Source: Dipteris shenzhenensis (taxonomy: Eukaryota). Taken from it: DNA of 64,000 nucleotides. Below are positions 50,800-64,000 of this stretch, piece after piece. Both the position numbers and the translations under genes were made by a program. How positions within the stretch are numbered: the stretch's first letter is position 1; every line of letters begins with the position of its first letter. The notes beneath the pieces were generated by a model. That model was given only the letters and a program-made list of their open reading frames with translations. It did not search any database and was not told the DNA's origin. The stretch lies in assembly GCA_047967505.1 (NCBI GenBank), contig CM106538.1, one strand, 5' to 3'.

Positions 50800-52200
50800 A
50801 ATGACCACATCCTACAACATACCTTTGGGGTCAACTGGTCATTGATATGCCATACGCACTCAAGATGGTGATGGCTTATATAATTTGATAGAAATAATGT
50901 TCACTCATGAATCACCATCCACTATTTCTCCCGATATGGTTTGTTTTTTAGCCTTGATGGTGGTGATCATTGGGACTTCCTCATCAACTACTGGAGTATC
51001 AATCACATGTATAGTGGATAAGGATTGCAGCTCTTCTGGTTTCTCAAATGATTCCTTGATTTGTGGAGCAAAGAAATCATGCTAGTATGGAGCTATTCAC
51101 ATTAACTTGGAGAAAGTCAAACTGGCTTGCACATTCTTAAATATTTCCCATGATCGTGCTACCTCTATATAGAACTTGGTTCTACCTTATATTTTGAAGA
51201 TTCCCTATTTTGGTAACAGACTGTTGAGTCTACTCGGGCATCTCCATTGCTAGAGCTTTACCTTTCAACTCTCTTGCAATTTTGGCTACCAACTCCTTTT
51301 AAGCCCTCCAATTAATATCTCTACTTGAAGCATCTGCATCTGTGTCTTCAGTGGTTGCCACCACTGATCCTTTTGATCGAGTGACTACTTGAGCATGACT
51401 GCATCTCAAAGCTCGGCTACAAGTGCTCGGCATTTTGGATCCACTTCTTTTCTTTCCATGTTAGTCTTGGTTTAAATGTTCAGCCCATATTGGACAGGGA
51501 GAATGTAGATGATTCTCTCCACAATAGAAGCAATTGATCTTAGATGGATTGGTCTTCTCCTTACCATTCTTACCTTTTTCCTTTTGCTCGGGACATGGTG
51601 GTTTACCGCTTGGTGGTTGAGCATCAGTCGTTACATGGTTTGCTGACATGGCAATTTTTGCCATTAAACCACCAATCTGATTCATCATGCCCAAACTTGG
51701 TGTAGGTGTTACAATACTTTCATTCCTCTTCTACATTTCCACCTTTGGAATACTTGTAACACCATTTCTCATACCTGGCTTATCTCAAATGCCCAATTGT
51801 TTTAAGGACTTCTTCATCTCGATTTTGAGTTTGTTGTTCTTTGTTGTTGTCCCCTTGGTATCATTGTCAGCATCTTTCTTCTTTGCCTTGTTCTTTGAGC
51901 CTTCACTCGTCTTCTCCAAAGCAACAGCTTGGTCTAGCAATACTTCATAAGTTCTAGACAGATTGACTATCTCTGGCTTGTGCAAATCTACTTGGGTGCA
52001 ACCTGTGATCAGCCAGGCTTGCATAGACTTGTCATGCAAAACCATGTGCAATTCGTTTTGATAAGAGCTTGCATTCTAAGCACGAAATCTTGAATGGATT
52101 CTCCTTTGTTCTGCTTCAACTCACATAACTTCGTCCAAATATCTTCTTCATTAATCTCCAGCCTGAACCTTTGCAAGAATGCTTCTATATGATTGAACAT
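50800..52200 (-). mobile_element. Ty3/Gypsy gag-protease remnant
   Basis: LKQNKGESIQDFVLRM gag motif; Zn knuckle CFYCGENHLHSPC; decayed protease (..VDGDS*VNII) near 50900. Confidence 0.7.
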
Positions 52201-55079
52201 GTTTATGCTACTTTCTAGATTCTTGTGAATCGTGTGAAAGATGCTTTCTTATGTAAATATGCTAGATTCATATCAAGGTTGCAACCTTGTTAGTGAGGAA
52301 TTTTGTGTTATAATCTAAGCTTGCATGCAAATCATGTTTGCATTAAGTATGCCAAATAAAAAATTGCATGGCATGCAGTGAAAATTGTTGAATTCATGAT
52401 TTAAAAATTAAAAAAAAACCAGCTGGATGCTTTGATGCAGGGAAAAATTTGAGTAAAAATCATTGCAATGTCACAATTTTTTAAGAATGTGCCATGTTGT
52501 CAATAAGTATTTGTATGAATAAAAGTTATTCATAGGAATAACACTTTGGAAAAGAAAAGCAAAATAGAATCCCAAAAGAATTCATTTTAAATCACAAAAT
52601 TCTCAAAATTTTAAAAATTTCAAGTGAATCAATGCAACTTAGATGGTAGCTGCTATAAATGTTACCGTGGGGGTTTGAACTAACTATGAGAAATACTTTA
52701 TTGTATGCTAAAGTCTTGTGGATAATAGAACGTGATTTTACTCATAAAGGGATATATTAATTCATCATATACATGCTACATGTTAGAACTTATGATGTTT
52801 GCACATATAAATCGTATATTCAGAAAGACATATATATTAATTAAGCACATACATGCTACATGCTAAACTTATGATTTTTGCATATATAATTCGTAAGTTA
52901 GATTGTGTATCAATGTGATAGTATAGTCATACAAATCTTGGAATACAAACGTTGAAGATGTTATGCCATAAGGTAAACTTGCAACAAAAGCATATTGAAG
53001 TTTCTCCTATTACAAATGCAATTTTGTTGTGGTCAATCATTGTGCAAGTTGCACATGCATATTGTACATCAATACATTAATCATTTGAAATTATACTACA
53101 TTGGTGTTTGTGAAACATGAAAGGGATATAGGCAATTGGTTGCTTAATTATTCAAGCAAATTTTTTGGACATGAAATAGTAATATAATTAAAATTAATAT
53201 TGTGCCTTATTGTTCTTAAGATGGTATGAATAACATGAAGGTTGGAAGAGACCAAAATCAGAATTGAATGTGGATAATGTATTCCTACAAAATACCTTTA
53301 AAGCTGCATCATATACATAGCTCATGAAGAGGAAATTTTTTTAAAAATATCACATTGTAATGCAAATTATGAAATTGTTCCATTCCCAATACATCTAAGA
53401 GTAGCCTTCCCAAAAACTTCAGTGTATGTTCTCCATACTTTACAGTCAATGGTATACAAATTCTAAGCTAAATAGGAATAGGAAGGTAACAACCATAAGA
53501 ATTGGGAAGAGCTCCAGCATATACTCAACCAAAAAGATATAGTACTTCCAAAGCTTGATCCTCATTTTATAATCTAAGGTGAATTTAGAGGAAAACTAAG
53601 AAAGTGATCATTTAAAAAGTGCTGAAAAGTTTGTAGAAAATAAATCCATTAACCCCTTGTCTCATGAAATTCCTCACTAGGCACCCCCATAAATTTATTT
53701 TGTTTTGTTTTTGCAATGTTCATGGGATTGTTTGTGAGTGAAATCCTTTGCTTATTCTTGTCCTATGTGGATACTTCACCTTGCTTTTTTTATATACTCT
53801 ATGCATGGAGCAGCTGATTAGTAGTGAAATGGAGAAATTTCTAACACACCAACATCTCAAGCTTAGATTCAATACAATTTGCTTCCCTAATTAGATAAAT
53901 AGACACCCCTTGAAATGTATTAGGCAATGAATGGGTACATTTCTCCTCCTTTTTTACTATATTGCTCCATTGATGTAGTCTAAGGATTTTGGTTCTACTC
54001 CCACATAGTTATTTTTTGGCAAGGGCACGCTGTTTATTTGTTAGGATGGCCTTAGCATAATGTGTGTTGGTTTAGAATGGGGGTAGGATGGGTATGGAAT
54101 TCTACCTCTAAATCCATTCTAAACCAACTAGGAATAAGCCACACATTTTTCCAGCTTGACTAGGTCCATAAACTAATCTTTAGCATAGTGTGAATTTATG
54201 AAATATGGAAGGAAAAGTAGCCATTTATATCCTATACCAATCATTCATCAGCCCATGTGCTCTAGGTTGAAGATGAATTCAAGATGGGAAATGAAATTTT
54301 GCAACTAGAAATAATATGGGAAACAAAATTTGCTTCCCTAACTCAACAAAAAGCCAGTAATGAAGCTAACTAACCCTCAATGTGCTTAGCACATGAGCAG
54401 AGATACAATGGGAATAGATCCATTGTTCCATTGTTGGCCTCGATAATTGAATTTGTTTTTTGATTGGACTAGGGGGACATATCTCTTCCATAATTCCAAA
54501 TTATTTGTTTTCATTATTGGAGCACAAATAACCCATCTTAAGGGCACTCATATAATTAGGGTATTTGGGGAGCTAGATTAACCTATCATTTGTGGCCCTA
54601 ATTGTTTGGGCTAGTGGTGCACTTCCAAATTCCAACTTATTTGTTTTAACAATTGAAGCACAAACAACCCTTATTAAGGGCACTCATATTGCAATTAGGA
54701 GCTAGATTAACCTATCATTTGTAGCCCTAATTGTTTGGACCAGTGATCACTTCCAATGATTGTGATTTACCATGCTTCAAAAGCTTAAATAGGGGGCTCT
54801 GCTATGCAAGACTAGGAGCTGAACTCATGACCTATGCATGAACTCATCAGAAGGACAACTTTATATGCTATATACAATATAATGTATCCTCTCCCATCTC
54901 ATCGCTCTCTTCAAAAAGGGTCCTCCCTTATAATGGCACCATGCCACCTCTTCCCCTTTACTCTCCCCCTCCTCTCTTCACTTAATGTGGAGTCCTTGAA
55001 TCCCCCCCTAAGTCCTCTCCTTACTCCTCTTCATTTAATGCTGCACACCCCCCAAGAATGTGTGGAGAGCGGGGTTGTG

Positions 55080-58000
55080 AGTTGCGAATTGCAAGCTGAG
55101 GGTAGCCATACATGAGCATGCCATCTGGCTCATTAGGTCTTGTCTAGGGGTCACGGGGAAGGCAAACGACAGTAACAATTTTTTAGAGAGGATCATTTCT
55201 GTATGGAAAGGTGTGATGGTTGAGGGTAGAGCTGAGGAGGTTTTGAAGTCGGTGGAGAGTAGGGAGGTGCATGTCCCATCAGAGAGTGGTGAAGGTGATC
55301 ACGAGGCAGATCGACCCTCGTATGCAGTGGTGGTAGTTTCTCTGAGCTAGACAATGAGTTGGCAACAAGGCTACTTTAAGCAGAGGTTGAAAGGCATGCA
55401 AGGGAAGTGGCAAGGAAGCCTTGGTTCGAGAATGGCAAGAGGCATTTTGCTGCATGCAAGCTACATTTGAGGGATGTGAAGCCATAGCTTACTAGGTTGG
55501 CTAAGGGGGGGATTTACCTGTCTTTTACTGGTCAAGTGTGTTTGATGGTCGAGTTGAAAGAATTTCTTTTGTTTGAATATGACATTCGTTAGATTGGATA
55601 CACGAGACAGTTCTTGCTGAAGGGTTTCTTCTTGGTTCACTTGTTGTCTGAGAAGCTCTGGGATGAAATGTCTAGAAGATCATTCATGTTCTTAGAGGCT
55701 ACAGTCTTGGTCATCCCTTGGATTTTGAGCTTCAGCATTGATGAGTTTTTATTCCTTGAGTATCTAGTATGGATCGAATTCCCCAACATGCCAGCGATCC
55801 TAGGCAAATTAGTTGAGTGGATGGCTTCAGCATTGGGGCGATTTCTTCTGGTACCCCCTCCAACTAAATCTTAAGCAAATCTAGGGAGGTCCTGGATATT
55901 ATGGGATAGGAGGCAAGACATGCTTGACTTTATGGATGTAGAGTTGCAAAATGGTATGGCTATTGCCCACTAGCAGTTTGATTTGGGGCATTTCCTAATG
56001 CATGTTTCATCTACCAAGCTACGTCGCATTTTGCAATGAACTACCCTTGGAGATAGGCCAATACAAAGTTCGCTACAAGTGAAAAAGATGATGGTCTGCC
56101 ATCTCAACCACAAAAGGGTGTTCAGAAGCGAATGAATGGTGGAGATGAAGAGCAGTTGTTCGAAGATTTGCAAGTCATTGCCAAGAAAGGGGAAGGTTCT
56201 AAAGACAAGCCATCGTCAAGCCATCTAGATGGTGATCTGTGGCCTATCATGGGGAAGAAAAGAAAATCCAAGGAGATGTTGCATGACATTTCGGGTGTGT
56301 CATCTTAGTCTGCATGTGTGGAGTCTTTGTGTAATCTTTGTATGAAGACCGTCAACAAGAGTGATGGATATGGTGTCCAAGGCAGGCTCGCTTGGCTGGT
56401 GAAAGGATTAGGGTGAAGGCTCGTTGGATAATATGATGCATGAGGATGAAGACCCTCAAGAGCTTAGATTGCTTGATTGACATGCACAAGAATTGCCAGA
56501 GGTAAACCATTAAAAAAAAGAATGCTAGAAGAGCAATATGCAGAGAAAAAGTGCTTGGATTAAGCTCTCAGAATGTCGAAGCTCTCTGTACTAGAACGAT
56601 GTCCAAAAGGATCAAAGAGGTGGCCTGTAATGTGGATCAAGGTAAGGAGAAAGCTGCTTACTAGGCACTTGCAAGCCAATAAATCGTTGTCTTAAAGAAG
56701 TGGTGGGGGAATAAAGTCTATAGCTATTCTCTCATGGAATCTACGGGGTTGTTGTAGTTTGGTGAAGCAAAAAGGCTACGTGTCTGTGCTTTGTAGGGTT
56801 AATGCTAACATTATGTTATTGCAAGAGCTTATGGGAAAAATGATCCGCTATGGTTCACTATTAGTATGCTTGGGTATGAGGTGTTGGTAAAGTGCCCTGC
56901 AAGGGGGAAGGGAGGGCCGGCAATTTTGGCAAAGGCTTACTTGGGTATAAGATAGATTTTCCATCTTCGAGAAGGCTAGTTTCTGGCCGCATCTGTGTCG
57001 ATGGGTTTGTTCAAGTTTAATGATCCTAGTATGTATGCACCCAATAGTCCGACAGAGCATTGTGATTTTGTTGGTCATTGTTAAGGTTTGTCTTATTGGA
57101 TGAGCATTGGTTGTTGGGTGGGACTAGAGCCTCACAAAAACAGTGTTGGAGGACTGGTCTCACATGGCTAGGGTAGTGTCGATATCAAAATGGGAGGCCT
57201 AGGATAGTTTGTGCATGGATTTTGGTCTTACTAACTGTGTGGAGTTGGACCTTGATGGTCTGGAGGGCTTCTCTTGGGAAAATAGAAGTTATGTCCTCCA
57301 AAAGTTCTTGCTGGCACACTAGGGAGGCTTGGATGCAAGCTAGGACCCTTAGTGATGATCCCTCTATCAGATGGGATTTGGCCATTTGAGCGGTGCTTCA
57401 AGAAGCAAGAGGATGGGACAAGCCAGATTGAGAATCCAAATGGAGCCTAGTAGACTTGACTATGTGATGAGCTCTTAGCGAAGTGCCTTGGACCTGTCTA
57501 AGGGGAATCTGATTATGGCGACTTTATTGACAAAACTAGAGCAAGAGATGCAGACCAATGAGCTTGAGGAAGCAGATTGTGCTAGGATACAGATTAGGCA
57601 AATGTGGCTTGATTTGGGGGATACCTAATGTGGCTTGATTTGGGGGACTACCGAGAAACTTTTTCTTCTAGGCTGTCAAGAGAAAGCACCAGGGGGACTA
57701 TTGATAGGGTACTTGATGCAACATGCAAGATAGAAACCACATTTTGACATATTGCAGATATTTCAAATCACACTTGAGGGGCCTAATGGGTTCTCTTGTA
57801 ACTCAAGATGAGGATTGAAAGGGGTTTTGTCAAAGGTCCTATCAGGGTTGTCAGGGAGGGTTTCTAAGGCTTAGAGTCTATAGCTAGCTCCTCCATTTAC
57901 TCTAGTTGAGTTGTGGGAGGCATTGACGAACATCAAAGAAGGATAGAGCCCCATGCTTGAATGGCCTTACGTTGGAGTTTTACAAGGATTCTAAGATGTG

Positions 58001-59740
58001 ATGGGGGAGGACTTGGTAGGATAGCAAATGAATCAGTGATACAAGGGACTTTACCTCAAGATGTTAACACAGGTTTGATCAAACTATTTTCTAAAGGGAA
58101 GAGCATGCTTAATGTAAGGGATTAGAGGTCAATCCACATGCTGAATACCCCTTATAAATTGTGCCTAAGGCTATGGCATTAAGGATCAGGGAGATCTATT
58201 CATAGGTGGTGGATAAAGAGCAATGTGGCTTTGTGAAAGGTAGGGACATTTTTTATACATCCTGAATATCAGCTCGGCTTTGGATTATCCTGCATGTCTG
58301 GGTAGAAATGTTTTAGGCTTGGACTTGTTGACCTGGATAGGCTTATGAAAGGATACATTGGGATTTCATCCTTGCAATTCTGAGGAAGTTGGGATTTGGT
58401 GAGCAGTTCACGAAGATGGTGGCTATGCTCTTTGATAATGCTTGGCATGAATGGGGGAGTGGTGGGCTGGCCTCAGTAGGTCCTTCCATCAAGGTTGCCC
58501 CATTGCACCCCTCCTAGTTGCTATTAGTTCAGTCCTCTTACTATTAGTTTAGTCCCCTTGCTTCATTTGATTAAGCAAACCCTTGCCTCGAGATGGTTGG
58601 AAGGAGTAAGATTCCCTTTAGGGAAGCAATTCAACTCCCAAATGTTTGCTGATGATCTCATAATATTCTCCAAGGAAAGCCCGTCTTGTTTGGATACCCT
58701 GAAGGAGATAGTGTCAGTATACTGTCGTGCATTGGTGCTAGCTTGTAGTTGGTCAAAGTCTTATGCCCTTAGACCTTTGTTGGATCACTTGCCTGTCAGG
58801 GCGGGTGTAATGCCAGTGTGCAGTGGTTACCTCAGTGAGGTGGTGAGATATATGGGTGCCTCGCTGGGTCTGGGATTGACAGTTAGGTAGTGGTTTAACT
58901 AGTTCAAGGATCACATTAAGGCTAAGCTAAAAAGTTGGTGTGGGCTGTCTCTTGGGTGGAATGCCAGGGCTTTAGTGAATGGTGAAGCATGTATTGTCAG
59001 CCACGACGACTTACGTTGCAATTGTGTGGAGGTTCAACATAGTCATTGCATGGAGATAGAAATATGTTTTCGGGCTTTCATATGGGCAGAGGAAGGGGGT
59101 GAGAGGCATATGCACTATATCTCGTGGGAGCCTCTCAAGTCTCCAAAGTAGCAGGGTGGGCTAGGGATCCCTGACATTGAACTAAAAAATGTTCTTTGAT
59201 TGGGGAGTGTCTCCTCCAGCTATTTGGGGAGAGCTGTCTGTGGGTGGAAGTAGTGCAATGGTTTATAGAGACAACTTGAGGAGCAAAGGTGGGCTCTTGG
59301 GATGGTATGATGTGGTATGAGAGATTGTTTTCAGATTTCCCGTTGAGGGTGAAGGGGTTGGACTTGTTAGTCGGTCTTGTCTCCACATGGAAGATGGCTA
59401 TCGCTAAACTTTCTTAGAAAGGGATGGGGGGTGCTAGCCTTGCTGAATGCATATGGTGGAGTAAGGACGTTATGGTCTGAGATAATTCAGTAGGAACTTA
59501 TAAGTGGTCCATAGTATCCTCAAGAAGGGTCGGGTTTATTGGGCCCAGATTTGGGACCCTCGGAAGGGAGACTGCTGGCTTGAGAGTGTGTGAGACAACT
59601 TTTGTGCACGGGATTTTGGGATTAGTTCTGGAAGGTTGGCCAATGAATTGTATTGAGGTTAGAGGAAGGATAATATTTCAATGGGTCATGGGGAGGAAGG
59701 TCAAGCTGTAAAAATTTCAACCTGCTACAATGTAGGCTTT
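55080..59740 (+). mobile_element. Degenerate near-full-length L1-type LINE
   Basis: ORF1-like VIPWILSFS...VWIEFPNMP; endonuclease start ILSWNLRG (~56727); RT motifs QGCPLHP and SQMFADDL (ORF 58558-58890); many disablements. Confidence 0.75.
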
Positions 59741-60194
59741 GGGTTTCTACCCTGTTCTTTGGCCAAATTTTGTACTTAGGGTTTTTTTAGGGTCCCCCCC
59801 CCCGCTTCTTTAATAGAAGCCGGTAATGTTTTGTGGGGCCCTTAGGATGTTTATAGACTAGCCTAGCGTGGGCATGCTGAGGGGATCATGGACGGGCAAG
59901 ATTGCTCGCCCAAGTCTAGCCCAGGGCCCAAATTCATGCAATGCACCGTGGGCAGACATGGGTGCCCCTAGTTTATAAACATCGTTAGTTTAATCATGCA
60001 CTTGTCCTCTTCCTTTACACTGGTCATAGTGTAAGGGATCGTTCACATGAGAGGGGTGGTTTGAAAACCACTCTAAGGTGACTCAAAAGTGGCTTTTGGA
60101 CTGGAGGCTATTTGAGAGGTGGGGCCTTCACAAGCAAGGTGGTGTTCCGTAAGAGGGAAGGGTGAACCTGCTCTCATAGATAGTCCCCCAACTA

Positions 60195-60460
60195 ATAGTT
60201 ATAAGATAAGATATAAGACATAAGAAGTGGTTTTAGGATGGGAAACAAGCTTCTATAATCAGCTATGCAATCTACACGTTTTTCACCACCTTATCACGTT
60301 TTTCACCACCTTGATAAGATAAGATATAAGATATAAGAAGTCGTTTTAAGATACCTTGAAAAGATAAGATATAAGATATAAGATATAAGAAGTGGTTTAT
60401 TAGGATGGGAAACAAGCTTTTAAAAACCAGCTATGCACTCCACACGTTTTTCACCACCTT
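60195..60460 (+). repeat. Tandem duplication spanning the 5' leader and start codon of the Rossmann gene
   Basis: (gatataa)n-gaagtggttt..aggatgggaaacaagctt..cagctatgca..cacgtttttcaccacctt occurs at ~60200-60292 and ~60362-60460. Confidence 0.85.
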
Positions 60461-60677
60461 GCCTGCTGCAAGCAACTAATTGCTCTTCAGCATTTCGCCA
60501 CAAACCCTCTCCCACACTACGCCTTCTTGGGGCTTCGTCCCCATCATCATCATGGAAGCTCAACTCTCGATTCGCTCAAGAACACGATTTCGCTGCGGTT
60601 TCCCATCCCAGTTTGTTCATCTTCGGCATCGGCTACGTTGGCCTTGCCGTCGCGCGCTATCTTAAAGGAGTGGGATG
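60433..60677 (+). CDS. NAD(P)-binding Rossmann-fold (YeeZ-like epimerase/dehydratase family) exon 1, with probable organellar transit peptide
   Basis: Ser-rich N-terminus, then LFIFGIGYVGLAVARYL (GxGxxG); GT donor at 60678. Confidence 0.85.
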
Positions 60678-60761
60678 GTAATCTACATGGTTGCATGCCG
60701 TTCTACTTAACCTGTTGTTGCTGTAATACATCATCCCTACTCGCCCTTTGATATTTGACAG

Positions 60762-60866
60762 GGAGGTTTCGGGGACTTGCTCAAGTGAAGAGAAAAGAGA
60801 AGCCCTGGAACGAATTGGCTTGCGTGTGTTCCATTTCAATTCTAACAATGACGGGGAAGGTCTCGT
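60762..60866 (+). CDS. Rossmann-fold gene exon 2 (gene continues beyond the Copia insertion and the window)
   Basis: AG acceptor 60760-61; W|EVSGTCSSEEKREALERIGLRVFHF; GTAAGT donor at 60867. Confidence 0.85.
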
Positions 60867-61119
60867 GTAAGTACTTTCGGTCTATTCCATTCTTTTTGAG
60901 TACGGTATTGTCTCGAGTTCACTTCTCCTTTCATTACGTATTCCGTGCAGATATATTAATCAAGCTTTTCCTCCATCATTGCGTGTATGGTCTTTAAGAA
61001 ATGGAGCACAATAAACAACCCTTGTAGTAAATACACTATTTGCAGCTCTTTAAACGATACCGAATTTTCTAGAATTTCTTCTTTCAACCTAAATTGTAGC
61101 CCTTATAACTTTTCATAGT

Positions 61120-64000
61120 TGTACGGCCAGGGAACTGGCCTGGTGGCCACCAGTCACGGCTCCCTGTGCCCACTGGTCCGGGCAGTCTGCCCTATTTTTT
61201 CTTTTCGTTTCTTCATCACTCATGGAAGGAAATGGATTATGACAACCACCCGGAGGTGGTTGACTGTTTACATTCTATACAAGAGCCTTTCTCTTTCCCT
61301 TATTGAAGGCTACGAGGACAGCTATTTCAGCCAGTTTAGTGAGGTCTCTAAGAGTGGTTGGGTTGAACATTTTAACCTCATACGTCACGTTTAGGGTTTA
61401 CGGATGAAAGATATATCTTTCTTCTATCTTCCACATTGTTTCCTGGTAACTCTAAAGAGAGTTTTCCAAACCTGGCTGTAAATTCAGCAATACTCTTAGT
61501 ATCAAATTGCTTGAACCTTTCCCAATGGAAGGTCAAGTTCCTTGGTGGCTTTCAGTTGTTCCACAAACTTAGCTCAATCAAGGTAGGCTCTCTTCCTATT
61601 TGTAACAATGACCACCACGTTAAAGCATCATTTTGTAGATGCAATGTAGCAAGGGAAGCTTCTCTTGATCGGTCTTTCCTTCATTGGGCGAATTAAAGCT
61701 GAAAATGGCAAATACAATCAAGGATTTTATGAGCCTTCCTTTCTTCATCATATTCAGGGAATTCAATCTCTCTTGTGATTGAAAGTTGATTCTTTTTGGA
61801 GGAGTGCTCAGCTCTCCCTCTCCAAAATTGAGAACCCTCTTTGTTCCTAGCTTTGTCATTATGAACTGTTCTATCATATTACTAAGTTGAGAAACCAGCT
61901 TCTCAATGGGAGACCCTTCCTCCTCTTCGTATTTGGATTATCTATGTGTGTGGAATTTTGAGCTAAAGGTTTAAACTCATTACCTTGCTATTGGGTGGAC
62001 TCATTTCTCCCCTCCTTTCCAAAAGAGAACTCCTATCAAGAGGTTCTTGTTGGAAAGAGGGTAACTCTATTCGTGGATTATCATAATCAAGGTGTGTTTA
62101 AGTGTTGGGATAAAGGCCAATGGCCTAGTATATACCCCTTTGTACCATACATACATAATAAGAGCTTACCTTGATCTGGGTGAGTTAGCACCCACAATTT
62201 CGGTGTTCTCCTTTTCTTTGTTGCTCTCCGATAAGACTTCCTCTCCATCAACTGGTATCAGAGCTTGGTTGAGCGAAGCCAACAAGGAGACTGTAGCATT
62301 GTGGTGTTGCTGTGTCAAGAGCCCGAACTTGTTGCGTGGAGTCTCCTACTGCTCGTGGGTTGCCCCTGGGAGCTGTATTTTGACATATACTAGCTCGTTT
62401 TTACTGTTTCAGCCATATATATCAGGTTGCCTCGATTGTTCCAGCAATCTATTGCCTTGTTTGAGCAGGGGAAAAGAAATATTATCCATCTATGGTCAAA
62501 AACGACTTGCTGCTCTGCAATTCCAGCCACTGGAAGTTGCTTTTTTGGGACCTGAAAGCAAAAACGTCTTTTGCTTGTGGCGGACTCCAGTTGATCAAAG
62601 GCAGCTGGTACATTCAGATTTTAGTTGGGTTTATGCCTTCAAGTTGATGCGTATTAAGCCAAAGGTTGGCTGAAAGTGATTGCTTACAATTGATGCATTT
62701 TGAGCCTTTGTTTAGCTGAGAAAGTAAGCATAAGTGAATAGTGTTTTTCTGAAGCTGTCTTGTATCCCAGGAAGGGATTATTTTTTGATGGCTTCGGCAT
62801 CAGAGAATGCATTGTTTAACATTGAGAAGTTGGATGGCACAAACTTCTCCTATTGGAAGGAGCAAATCTACAATGTTCTGGTGCAGAAGAAGCAAGTAAA
62901 GCCTATAAAATGCAAAGGCATAAAGCCAGAGGATTGGAAAGATGATGAAGAGTGCAAGGAATTAGATAAGCTTGCACGCTCTACGATCATGCTCACACTT
63001 TAAAAATCGGTATATTTCAATGTCAAAGATACTGCAGGTGGTACCTATGGTATGTGGACAAAGTTGCATGATCTTTATGAGAAGCAGAGTGCCGCTTGTC
63101 AAGTTTATTGGCTGAAGAAACTCATAGATCTTCGCATGGAAGAAGGGACTTCCATGTCTAGCCATTTAAATGAGTTAACACAATTTTCAGTCAACTTTCA
63201 GCTCAGAAAATTGCCTTTGATGACTCAGTTAAGGCAATGTTCTTATTGGTCACCCTTGCTGAAAGTTGGGACACTTTTAGGACTGCTATAAGCAATTCAG
63301 CCCGTGCAGGAGGCCTTACAAGTAATGATGTTGAGAGTAGCCTTCTCACTGAGGAGGTAAATAGAAAGAACACTACTGGAACTAAAAGTTCAAGTGCTCT
63401 CAATGTGAGAGGGAGGTCATATTTCAGAGGGAAATACCACGACAGAAATACAAGCAAGTCTAGAAGCAAATCTAGAGGAAAATCCCATGCCAAAAAGGAT
63501 TTGGAATGCTTCTATTGTGGGAAGAAAGGCCATTTCAAAAAGGATTGCTACAAATGGAAGAACAATAAAGGCAAAGGCAAAGGCAAAGCTAATGTGCAGC
63601 CCAAGAAGGAAGAGAAATCCACGGTCAATATAGAGGAAGTGAATGCCATAAGTAATAATACTGATGAGGGTGACATTCTTTATGCCTCTATGTTTGAGCA
63701 TGCTTTTCTTGTGACTAGTGATGATGCATTGTCACAGAATTGGATACTAGACTCAGGGGCATCTTTCCATGTCACTCCACATAGGGAGTGGTTTACCATT
63801 TATGATGCAGGAAGGAAAGGAACCGTGAGACTTGGAAATGATTATCCATGTGACATTGTTGGAGTGGGAGATATTCACTTGTCTCTTCCTAATGGTTCCA
63901 CATTTGTACTCAAGAAATTAGCAAAGGGTCACTTGTGATTGCTAGAGGTTTCAAGCATGGAACGTTGTACTCAATGCATGTGTTAGGCGTAAGAGATAAT
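61120..64000 (+). mobile_element. Ty1/Copia LTR retrotransposon 5' part: LTR ~61120-62250, PBS 62253-62264, gag-protease from 62788
   Basis: TGGTATCAGAGC PBS after ...CATCA; IEKLDGTNFSYWK; Zn knuckle CFYCGKKGHFKKDC; protease WILDSGASFH; stop at 63001 and frameshifts. LTR start tentative. Confidence 0.9.

Overview
Eukaryotic, plant-type genomic DNA with long TE-filled introns, many (CT)n/(GA)n/(GT)n microsatellites and heavy C-to-T decay; a fern or other large-genome land plant is an inference only. Two host genes are visible: a complete membrane-anchored ubiquitin-fold (MUB) gene (coding exons 12287-12416, 12585-12755, 23082-23137) and the first two exons of a YeeZ-like NAD(P)-binding Rossmann gene (from 60433) with a Copia element in its second intron. 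Most other sequence is LINE and LTR-retrotransposon debris. The standout is a ~9.3 kb decayed gene cluster at ~32.7-42.0 kb. On the + strand it has an intron-containing RAG1/Transib-like DDE transposase, with the catalytic and Zn-ligand motifs readable by eye, followed by a histone H3 variant with a long PSPQ-repeat tail carrying three H3-tail-like motifs. Convergently on the - strand it has an unknown gene and a gene for a BAH-like domain plus a possible ubiquitin-like domain. This looks like a plant RAG-like transposon carrying its own chromatin toolkit. Its termini are not resolved: only one candidate CAC-starting end was found.
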